Shown one piece after another: positions 11,558-22,519 of a DNA stretch of 64,000 nucleotides. Made by a program: the position numbers and the translations under genes. The stretch is from the human T2T-CHM13v2.0 reference genome, Homo sapiens. The notes beneath the pieces were generated by a model. The model made no database searches. It had not been told where the DNA came from and saw nothing but the letters and a program-made list of their open reading frames with translations. Location: NCBI RefSeq assembly GCF_009914755.1, contig NC_060946.1; one strand, 5' to 3'. The number at the start of each line of letters is the position of its first letter. Positions within the stretch are counted from its first letter, which is position 1.

Positions 11558-14089
11558 CCACAGCTAATATCATACTGAATGGGCAAAAGCTAGAAGGATT
11601 CCCTTTGAAAACCGGCACAAGACAAGGATGCCCTCTCTCACCACTCCTATTCAACATAGTATTGGAAGTTCTGGCCAGGACAATCAGGCAAGAGAAAGAA
11701 ATAAACGGTATTCAAACAGGAAGAGAGGAAGTTAAATTGTCTCTGTTTGCAGATGACATGATTGTATATTTAGAAAACCCCATCATCTCAGCCCAAAAAC
11801 TCCTGAAGCTGGTAAGCAACTTCAGTAAAGTCTCAGGATACAAAATCCATGTGCAAAAATCACAAGCATTCCTATACACCAATAATAGACAAATAGAGAG
11901 CCAAATCATGAGTGAACTCCCATTCACAATTGCTACCAAAAGAATAAAATACCTAGGAATACAACCTACAAGAGATGTGAAGGACTTCTTCAAGAAGAAC
12001 TACAAACCACTGCTCAAGGAAATAAGAGAGGACACAAACAAATGGAAGAACATTCCATGCTCATGGATAGGAAGAATCAATATTGTGAAAACGGCCATAC
12101 TGCCCAAAGTAATTTACAGACTCATTGCTATTCCAATCAAGCTACCATTGACTTTCTTCACAGAATTAGAAAAATCCACTTTAAATTTCACATGTAACCA
12201 AAAAAGAGCCCGTATAGCCAAGACAATCCTAAGCAAAAATAACAAAGCTGGAAGCATCACACTACCTGACTTCAAACTGTACTACAAGGTTACAGTAACC
12301 AAAACATGTTACTGGTACCAAGACAGATATATAGACCAATGGAGCAGAACAGAGGCCTCAGAAATAACACCACACATCTACAACCATCTGATCTTTGACA
12401 AACCTGACAAAAACTAGCAATGGGGAAAGGATTCCCTATTTAATAAATGGTGTTGGGAAAACTGGCTAGCCATGGGCAGAAAACTGAAAGTGGACCCCTT
12501 CCTTATATCTTATACAAAAATTAACTCAGTTCTGAAGGAGGTCGGGGTCAAGATGGATTAAAGACTTAAACGTAAGACCTAAAACCATAGAAACCTTAGA
12601 AGAAAACCTAGGCAATATCATCCAGGACATAGGCATGGGCAAAGACTTCATAACTAAAACATGAAAAGCAATGGTAACAAAAGCCAAAATTGACAAATGG
12701 GATCTATTTAAACTAAAGAGCTTCTGCATAGCAAAAGAAACTATCATCAGCATGAACAGGCAACCTACCGAATGGCAGAAATTTTTTCCAATCTATCCAT
12801 CTGACAAAGGGCTAATATCCAGAATGTATAAGGAATTTAAACAAATTTACAAGAAAAAAACAACAACACTATCAAGAAGTGGGCAAAGGATATGAACAGA
12901 CACTTAACAGAAGAAGATATTTATGTGGCCAACAAACATGAAAAAATGCTCATCATCACTGGTCATTAGAGAAATGCAACGAGATACCATCTCACGCCAG
13001 TTAGAATGGCCATCATTAAAAAGTCAGGAAACAACAGATGCTGGAGAAGATGTGGAGAAATAGGAATGTTTTTACACTGTTGGTTGGAGTGTAAATTAGT
13101 TCAACTATTGTCAAAGACAGTGTGGCGACTCCTCAAGGATCAAGAACTAGAAATACCATTTGACCCAGCCATCCCATTACTGGGTATATACCCAAAGGAT
13201 TACAAATCATTCTACTATAAAGACAAGTGCACCCGTATGTTTATTGCAGCACTATTCACGACAGCAAAGACTTGGAACCAACCCAAATGCCCATCAATAA
13301 TAGACTGGATAAAGAAAATATGGCACATATACACTATGGAATATTATGCAGCCATAAAAAAGAATGAGTTCATGTTCTTTACAGGGACATGGATGAAGCT
13401 GGAAATCATCATTCTCAGCAAACTTACACTGGAACAGAAAACCAAACACCGCCATGTTCTCACTCATAAGTGGCAGCTGAACAATGAGAACATATGGGCA
13501 CAGGGACGGGAGCATTACACAATGTGGCCTATTGGGGTTGGGGGGCAAGGGAAGGGATAGCATTACGAGAAATACCTAATGTAGATGATGGGTTGATGGG
13601 TGCAGCAAACCACCATGACACGTGTATATGTATGTAACAAACCTCCACGTTCTGCACATGTATCCCAGAACTTAAAGTATAATAAAAAATTGAAAAAAGA
13701 AATGGAGAAAGACAAGAACGCAGAATTGATCATACCCCATACCTCAGGGAAGCAGAGGAAAGGGAAGATGACTATAGGATCAGCTTATTCTGGAATAGAT
13801 TCTTGAAGGGCTGCACCTGGGGCTAAGGAACAGGAGAGAAAAGCCTCTTCTATGTACCTTGGTATAATCATAGTGACTCCTAACAATTACCGCTTCCTCA
13901 GTAAAATTGTTGAAATTTAGAACAACACTCTTCAAATTAGCCACTAGGGGAAAGGGCAACCAATCTTCTTTTTTTCTAAATCATTTAACCACATGAATTA
14001 ATATATAGAAAACTACACTGCAGTGCACACTGTCCCTCAGCAGGCGTGGTGGCATGGAAGGACGCGAACGACCCCGGGAGTGGCGGGTG

Positions 14090-14320
14090 AGGAGGGAAGG
14101 GGAGCGAGCGGGTGCGAGGTGCCCGCGTTTTCCTGGGGCCCGGGAGGGAAAGGGAGAGGGTGTGAGGTGCCTGCCTTCTCGGGGCTTGGGAGGGAAGGTG
14201 AGCAGGTTTAAGGCGCCTGCCTTCCTTGGGGCCTGGGAGGGAAGGAGAGAGGGTGCGAGGTGCCCGCCATTCTCAGGGCCTGGGAGGGAAGGGGAGCGGG
14301 TGCGAGGTTCCTGCCGTTTT
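14090..14320. repeat. G-rich minisatellite, 5 copies of ~46-47 bp
   Basis: Unit approximately gggagggaaggggagcgggtgcgaggtgcccgccttctcggggcct. Confidence 0.85.
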
Positions 14321-14619
14321 GCGAGGCTGCGGAGCCTGCTGTGTCCCCTTTCCCGCCCACTCTCCGACCTGCAGGCCCACGGCGCTCAAGGTAATAGGGT
14401 CCCCAGCCCTGGAATCAACTCCCTGGGTCTCGGAACGCAACCCACACAAACCTGGATCCTGTCTCTCACTGGCGGGGAGTCGCCTTCGCATGCAGACGTG
14501 GAGAAGTCGCCTCCCCCCGCAGCTCCTCCCGTGGACCCAGGCCGCCTCCCCCACGCCCCTCCCGGAGTCCCCAGACCCTCCGTGGCGCTCCTGGTACCGC
14601 CCCCACTGCCCGCACTCAC

Positions 14620-14793
14620 AAAGAGCCTCAGCTTCTTCTCGGGGGGCGACTTCCTCAGCCAGCCGCTGTACAGCACGTGGCCACTTCTCGTGCTTCCGCC
14701 GGCGGGGCCACTTCCGGGCCACGAAGACAAAGGCGCAAATGCCGGGTCAGGTGGGCACAGCTCCCGGGAGGGTGAGGGGGACGGCAGGGACAT
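14620..14793 (-). CDS. GAB4: GAB4 coding exon 1 (58 codons, phase 0; start of PH domain)
   Basis: MSLPSPSPSRELCPPDPAFAPLSSWPGSGPAGGSTRSGHVLYSGWLRKSPPEKKLRLF followed by GTGAGT donor (14619-14614). GWLRKSPPEKKL is the GAB-family PH N-terminus. Remaining exons would lie left of the window. Confidence 0.95.
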
Positions 14794-14982
14794 GGGGGCT
14801 GCAGCTCACAGTGAAGGTGGGGGAGACAGGGCGAGAGGGCGTTGCTGGAGGTGGGGTGTGAGGGACGGCTTGCGATACCCTGGGACTGCGGGGTAGAAAG
14901 CGCAGTTCTAGGGGAGGTCGGGGTCAGAGGTGAAGCTCGTGGGGAGGGCGAGACCCGGGCGCAGGTGCTCACAGGCGAGGGC

Positions 14983-15481
14983 GGGGTTCAGGTTCCAGCT
15001 GGGCTTTGAGTTCCGGTTCAGGCTTCCATCTGTGGTTCCGGTTCCAATTTGAGGTGGAGTTTGGGATTAAAGTTTAGACGAGGCCTCTGGTTCAGGGTTT
15101 GCGTTGGGGATTGGGGTGGGGATTTGCACCCTGGGTCAGCCTGGGTGCATCTCATCGGGACCACCGGGGCGGGGGACATGGGCCGGGTGGCTCCTTGGGA
15201 GAAGAGGGACAGGGAGCGCAGCTGGTGGAGAGGACAAGAACGAGGGGCGCAGCTCATTCAGAGGGCCACAACAGAGTCTCAGGTGCTGAGTCCCATGCGC
15301 CAGATGAGGAAAGACAATGGAAGAGTTCAGGTTCCTGCTGGGGTTTGAGTTCCAGTTCGGGATTCGGCCCATGGTTTACCTTCTGACTTGAGTTGGGGTT
15401 TGGGGTCAAGGTTCAGGCTAGGACTTGAGTTCCGGGTTGCAGTTTGGGGGTGGGGTTAGGTTTCAGAGTGAGGGTTTGGGC
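14983..15481 (+). repeat. Two tracts of degenerate hexameric (GGGTTN)n-like repeat (~14983-15125 and ~15322-15481)
   Basis: 6-nt periodicity: gggttc aggttc ... gagttg gggttt ggggtc aaggtt ... ggggtt aggttt. Confidence 0.6.
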
Positions 15482-17652
15482 CTGTTTGTGTTGTGTATGT
15501 TTGTGAATGTATTGGGATGTCACCGTGTGTACTTATGTCACGTGTGTGCACGCATCAGTGTGTGCATGTGTGAGTGTTCATTGAGTGTGGCACTGACAGC
15601 CAACCCCTCTCCTCCCATTTATGCCCCACTGTCTTATCCTGGTTGGGGTGGGCTTTACAAGTTCCTTCCCTGGGCCAGTTGGAGGTTCTCATGTTGCCTG
15701 GGGAGAGAAGGGAAGGAGAGAACAGGTCAAAGATGAGGGCAGCTTGGCCTCAACCAGACCCGGTGTCACGGGGACCAAGAAGCCGGAGGTCCTTGTCTCC
15801 TGCCTCTGGAGGAGCTTGGTTTGCTTCTTTGTTCACACATTGTGTGAAAGCACAGTTGGGGGCATCTGATATGCACAGGATCTGTTCTTGCCTCTGCAGA
15901 TGTCTTAGAGAACAGGACAGACAAGGGGCCTCTTCAGTAAGCCATCCCCAATGTGCACTGCATGTCAGCTTACAAGAGGGGCACAGGGGCCCCATCAGGT
16001 AGCAGGGAGGATGCAAGGAAGAGTGTGTGGGGATGGGGGTGCTGGGTGGGGCCAGGTGAGTGGGTGCCTGGCTTCTCCTCAGAGCAAAGGAAAGTGCTGA
16101 AGAGTGTGAAACTGTGTGACATGTTATGCTTTATGTTTTGAGAATGGATTGCAGGAACAAGCAGACATGGGGGACCTGATGAGGGCCAATGGGATGTCCA
16201 TAGAGATAAGATTTGGCTTGAGCTGGTGGGAAAAGTGGAGATGGAGCCACATGGAGGAAATTGCAGAGTCTTGAGACTGAGGAGACATGTGGGTGGATGA
16301 GATATGAGTAGTGACCCGACCCTGAGGTGGGGAATGGGGGGACAGCCCCGAGGGGAGGTTGGTGAGGTGTATTTGGACCTATTGGGTTGGAGCCCTAGGC
16401 AGCATCCTCATGGGAGGACCACTGGGTCCTGGTCAGGCAGACATGGTGCTCAGGGAGACACTGGATGAGGTGGGAGCCATAGACCCTCTGCTGATGGCAA
16501 GAATGGGGTTCCTGGAGGTGCTGGCTCCCTCTGCAGGCTGCAGTCATGGCGAGTCAATTCTAAACTCACCATCACAGCTCACACTGTAAAGGACACATAC
16601 CTTAGTATAAATCAGTTAGCCAACGAGGCCACAGGGTACCCAGTTGGATCCTGCCCTGAGATGAGAGTAGGTTTGGATGGGGTGAGACGGGAGAGAGGCA
16701 GTGGCAGGAATGAGGCAGATGAGGTCTTCCTGGATGGAAGGGAGCTCAGCCCCTGCAGTGACCTCGTACCGACTGGGGCCTCAGCAGGAGCCCCGACCTG
16801 GGTCCCCGTGGGCCTCTGACTGTCTTCTCCTGGCCTCAGGGTGGAAAGAACCCTCTTCCAGAATATGTCCTCTCCAGCAACATTCTTCCAGCCCCCTACA
16901 GTGCGCACAATGGGAACTTCAGGAGAGTGCAGAGACTGCCACAGGGCATGGAAGGCAGGTGTTGCCCCAAGGTCTAGCCTGCCCAGGATGTTGGCTTTGA
17001 TGACGGTTGGGGGCCACTGTGGGCGACTTATGAGTGTTCTGAGCCTTTTTGTGTGTGTATACAGTGAATTTAAATTTATCCTCTGTGTCTCAAGTGGACA
17101 AAAAAAAACCACTTTATTTTCCATTGATGATTTATTTTTCTTGTGTCTTCCATTCCATGGTTGATGGAAAATATATATAAGTTTCTCATAACTTATCTCT
17201 GTTTCCTCTGCTTTGCAGCTATCCGTGCCCACCATGGGTCTCACCTCCTCCTTCTGTGAGTGTCTGTCCGGTGGCTGTCGGGGAGGGTCTCCAGCACTTG
17301 TGCTGCCCCTGGGACCCTCACTGACCCTGGGCTCCTGGTCTGCCCACCCCTTCGATTCCCCTGGAGTCACACATTGGCACCAGAGTCAGGAATGGGCTCT
17401 GCATTTCCCCCTCTGTGGGCCTCGTCTGGCTCCCACAGCCCATGTATCAGCGAACTACTTGGGGGTCACATAGGACCCTCCCCTCCCTGCTGAGCTGGCA
17501 GTTCATGCCCCGTGGGTAGGAGGAAGGGCAGAGGGAGAGCTCCAGGGGTGGGCTCCAGTGTGCTCCCTCAGGCTTCTCACTTTGGGCAAAGGACACAGGG
17601 CATGAGGGCCTCTCCCTGCGGTCTGGACCAAGCTGACCTGGGTCTTTACCAG

Positions 17653-18106
17653 TCAGGAAAATAAAATAACTTTTATCTGAGAAATGCAAGTGCTTTAATT
17701 ATCAGGCCCAGAAAGAGGCATTAAAATGAGACCACAGTCATGTCCTACTCCCTCACATTGAGCTGTGTATTCATTTCTTGATACTGCTGTTGCCAGAAGT
17801 AGCTATGAATTTACCTCATAATGCCACACCAGACGCCATACCCCACACCCTATAGCTTAACAGTGTACGGCCCATCACTAAGCAGTGTTATTGCTATGAA
17901 CCAACTAAAATTCCTGAGGAATTGTATCTGCCCCTTCCCTGCCCACCTTGTTTTGCCTTTAAAAATCAGCTCATAACTGCTGCTAATTGCAATGTATATT
18001 CAGGATAACTTGAATCTATGCTCCAGAGTTGCAATCCTGAAGTTTGTCTCAAATAAACTCTCTACTAAGATTAACTTTGTCTCAGCTTCTTCCTTGTAGG
18101 GTGACA
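17653..18106 (+). mobile_element. ERV1-class solo LTR (MER4-group-like)
   Basis: TATA-like tttaaaaa, AATAAA at 18052, ends in ...tgaca; 4-bp TSD ccag at 17649-17652 and 18107-18110. Confidence 0.7.
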
Positions 18107-20254
18107 CCAGGATCTCCTTTCCTGGTGCTGCAGGGCTTCCCTGGACCCTGTGCAGCAGAGATATCCCCTCCACACAGTATTGCCAGCATATTATGTAGAA
18201 AAATCATTTTCCCTTTCAACAGGAAGCCCAGTTCTTAGGATTGTTGTTCAAAAATATAATTTAAAGCTTAAAACTGAGCACTTGGGTCTTGGCAGATTTC
18301 CCATCTTTCCTCACAGTGGCAGATGTGACTGTCAAGAGCCTGGGCAGCTGAGGACAAGTCTGAGCGGGGCAGAGGTTGTGATCGTACCCTGGCCTGTGTC
18401 ATCCCCTTGCAGACACCAGCCCTTCTCTATAGAACCAGGGCATCTGCCAGGGATTATTTAGGCCTTGGGTGAGGGTCTGGCAGGGAGCAGTGCAGTGATG
18501 GAGGGTGTGGTGTGTGTGTGGCGTGTTGGATGGATACTTCTGGTCCCACCTAGGGAAGAGCTTCCTTTTGGAAGCAGAGGTCTCCTGTGTCCCCACAGAA
18601 GGATTCAGGTCTGCTGGCCTTTCCCAAGCACCTTGAAAGTCACCAGTCTTCGTGTCACCTGTCCGTCATGCTATGTGTGTGTGAGAGAGAGAGACAGAGA
18701 AAATTGTTCAGGTGGGGGTACCCAGTCTCTGTAGCTGCTGAAAGGCCCTGGGACACATGCTGCATGCTGCCAAGTGTTTGTTTTTTCCTCAGCACATGTC
18801 ACCATCTGTACCCTGGTGCAGGCTGCTGTGAGCACCAGGCTCTGTGCTAGGGGAGCAGTGAGGGGACTTGAAGAGACTCAGGGTCCCATGTTGAGGCTGA
18901 GCTGGCACATAGTAAGGAAGACAGAATGCTCCTGGCACAGGTGCTGCTTGGCCTCTGGGTGTGGACATCAGGAGGGCTTCTTGGAGGAGGAGGGAGGGCT
19001 TGCTGAGGAGGAGGCTGCCACTCCCAGGGTGAGTTCTGATCATGCTGCCTGATCCCTTTCCTCATCCCATACTCTGCTTCTGACCTGGATGGGGGCCCAC
19101 AGGGCCAGCGTGCAGCTGAGCCAGGACTGTGCCAGCACCTCGCAAGGAGCCTTGGAATTCAGTGTGCGAGAGGCCACTGCAGTACTCACCTGTGACTCAG
19201 CATGTCCCTGGAAATCTGTGAGCCTGGAGGAGAGCAGGAGGGCATGGGGACACCTCCTAGGGGCCCCAAGTTTGGAGGATATGCTGCCAGCAGAGTGTGA
19301 GGAGTGAGAGGCACCGCTGCCTGCCTACCTGCCACTGGAGGACCAGGCCCCTACATCCCCGACAAGCCTGCTCACCGAGACTGAGTGGGGTAGCAGTGGC
19401 TACTATGCCTTGGGCTGCTCTGGAGGGATGCAACCCTTCAGCCCTCTCAGGAAGCACATGGAGCCCTGAACCCATCCCAGCCCTGCCCCATGGCCTTTCA
19501 CATGACCAGTGGGGCTTGGAGACCTAGCGAGGAGGTACCTGGGCGGTGAATGGTCCAAGCTAGAGGCATGGGCTGCACAGAGACATCCAGGGCCCACAAT
19601 CCCCTCCTGTCTTCACCATGGCTCAGTCCTGAAATTTCTAGGGCCCAGACACAGCCACCTGCATCGTGTCCATCTTAGGGAAGATGGACAAAAGTCTCTG
19701 GAGCTGGCCCTTGGCTGGGACAGGACCTCCTGAGAAGGGGCCTCTAGCAGTGGTCAGAAGTCCTGCCTGGATGGAGGCTGGAAGCTCCCCCTTGCCCGAC
19801 CTGCTCAGCACCTGTGGGGAGGGGCCTCTGCCCTCAGCATCCTGCCCACAGCACCACATTCTCCTGTCCCCTTTCTGGCTTTATCTATAGCCACTCTGAG
19901 AAAAGAGGTGTAGTCTCCCAGCCTGTTCTGCTCTTACCCCTTAAAGGGCCAGCATGGGGCCAGTGGACACAGGTGAGACACCATAACCTGGAAGTGGTGA
20001 CCTCTCCATGCCTTCCTGAGGCACCTTTCGTAGATATTAAAAGGTGCATAATGGCTTTTCCAAAGTGCTGATGCCTGGGAGGAGAGACCAAGGGAGGGGT
20101 GGAGTTTGGCCAGGCCTGGTGGGCTTTCTAGGCTCCAAGAACAGCAGGGTGCAGACTCAAACCAGCTCCAAGATAGTAGGGTGGAACATCAATGACAGCT
20201 CTGGGGACAGCGGAGTGGAGGCGCAAGGACAACTGCAGACAGTGGGTTGGAGGC

Positions 20255-20810
20255 TCACATGATCCAGCACTTCCCTTCTGGGTGTCTACACAAAGAAATT
20301 CAAAGCAGAGTCAAAGAAGTATTTGTACATCTATGGTCATAGCAGAATTATTCACTAATAGCTTAAATGTGGAGACAACTCTAATGTCCATGACAGATGA
20401 ATGGATATGTGGTCTATACACATAATGGAATATTCTTCATTTCTCAAAAGGAAGGTAATTCTGACAAATAATATTAAAATAACCCTGAAGATATTAGAGT
20501 AAGTGAAATAAGTCAGAAAAGACAAATACCATAGATTCTGCTGTTATAAGGTCCCAAGAATAGTCAAATGCATACAGACAGAAAGTAGAATGGTGCTTGC
20601 CTGGGGCTGGGTGGAAGGGAGAACAGAGAGCTATTGTTTAATGACAGAGGGTTTCAGTTTTACAAGTTGAAAAGAATTCTGGAGATGGATGGTGGTAATG
20701 GTTGCACAACCATATGAATGTTAATATTACTGAACTGTTCACTTAAGCAAGGTTAAACTACTATAGTTTATGTTATGTGTATTTTAACACAATTTTAAAA
20801 ATTGGAAAAT
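20255..20810 (+). mobile_element. L1MB-like 3' end
   Basis: ORF2 C-terminal/3'UTR motifs (gaaagtagaatggtg, ggagatggatggtggtaatggttgcacaac). Confidence 0.75.
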
Positions 20811-20814
20811 AAAA

Positions 20815-21150
20815 CACCTAGAGCCATGATCTCTAAGGCCGTATGTGTTCTGCCCCTATTACTCCTCACTCACTCCATTCCAGCTCCACTGGCCTTTTTC
20901 TGGCTCCTCAGACATGCCAAGCACTCCCTGCCTTGGGGCCTTTGCAGTGTCTGTTGCCCTCACGTGGAATGCTCTTCCCACAGATCTCTCTATGACTCTC
21001 TCTCTCTCACTTGCTCTGCTCTAATGTCTCTTTTTCAGTGAGGCCTTTCCTGATCACCCTACAGAAAAGCACCCAGCAATATTCTCTATTCCTTTTCCTT
21101 GCCTTGTCTTGGTAGCACTTGCTCCTTGCTGACATATAGAAAAAATATGT
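20815..21150 (+). mobile_element. L2 3' fragment
   Basis: ccactggcctttttctggctcctcagacatgccaagc...gggcctttgca...tggaatgctcttccc. Confidence 0.65.
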
Positions 21151-21569
21151 GTTTATGCAATGGTGAATATGATGACCACAGATTTTTCCCCAGCCCTGTT
21201 CTAGGCAGAGACTGGGAAATGGGTCATTCCTGTCCCCTATTCCAATTCTCTCCTTCTATAATGGCTTATTTTTCCTTTTTAATGTTCTAACCTAATGTTG
21301 AGCAATTTCAGTTGATTTTTTCATAAGCTGGAAGGTCCATGAAATCTGTTTCTATGGCCATTATTTTCTCAAACACTGCAGTGTCTTTTTTCAGTGTTTT
21401 CCATATATAATGATATTCCTAGGAATATCTCCTTGGCCTTCCTATCTAAATTCACCCAATGTGGTGTTCTTCATATTTCAAGTGAATTCAATACTGCCTT
21501 CATAATTGTTGGCCCCTTTAAACTTTTATTGTCCCTGATAGGTAGATGCTCATCTTATTGGTTAAATGA

Positions 21570-21880
<311 letters not shown>

Positions 21881-22519
21881 AAAATGTCTTTTTGATAGAG
21901 TGATTTTGAAGATTAAGCAGGCTAGTGGGTCAAGCACGTAGTACAACATTTGAAGCCCAAAGGCAGGGAGTGTGAGCCCCAGGTGGTGGTGGCGGGGATG
22001 AAAGGAGAAGCAGGAGGCAATGGGGAAGGAGACACTTGAGACTGGAACTCAGGGCTCTTCAGAGAGAGAAGCTTCCAGGTCCTGGAGAAGGGGTGAGACC
22101 CATGCGAGTCCCCTGGATGCTCAAAAGGAAGGGCCAGGTTTCCCTGACACAGTGGGCTCCGTGGTCTCCTCCCCTCCTTTTCACCTCGGGAGGGAGGGAA
22201 AGAGGGGAAGAGAAGGTCCTGCAGAGGAGGTAGGATGGCCGGTTGAGGGGGGCCTTGGGCGCTTTTTCCCAAGGGCTGCCTCCTGTGGCAGCCCCAGGGG
22301 CTTCCTTGAACAAGAACTCCCTGCTCTCCCGCTGAGAGCCAGGGTGGGTCCTCTGTCCCTCACCATGAAGTTCAATGAGTATTGGAGAGTCCGCATGAGG
22401 CGAAGGGGCTTCAGCCCAACCGCTGGTCCCTGCTGCACTCACTCTTCAAGAAGGACCACCAGCTGCCTGATGGTGAGCATGGAGCAGGTCTGAGTGGACC
22501 AGACTAGGGCCAAGAAACA

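Larger units (their letters stand above)
2073..13700 (+). mobile_element. Host L1PA7-like LINE-1, truncated in the 5'UTR, interrupted by two younger L1 insertions (segments 2073-3342, 8964-9276, 9513-13700)
   Basis: ORF1 from ATG 2524 (MRKNQGKKAENSK); ORF2 remnants ([24 protein letters not shown]); 3'UTR aatgtagatgatgggttgatggg plus A-tail; many stops and frameshifts. Confidence 0.93.
14040..15270. promoter_or_regulatory. CpG island / GAB4 promoter region
   Basis: High GC and CpG density around exon 1; GC-box (gggcgggg ~14980) and ETS-like cttccgg motifs. Confidence 0.8.

Noticed and set aside
14090-14320. Repeat array as CRISPR-like
   Set aside because: Contiguous degenerate tandem units with no unique spacers, no cas genes, eukaryotic context
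14054-14896. 280-aa and 211-aa plus-strand ORFs
   Set aside because: Stop-poor GC-rich VNTR/CpG island antisense to the real GAB4 exon; no recognisable domain
16612-17370. 252-aa minus-strand ORF
   Set aside because: No homology recognised and mixed composition; probably chance
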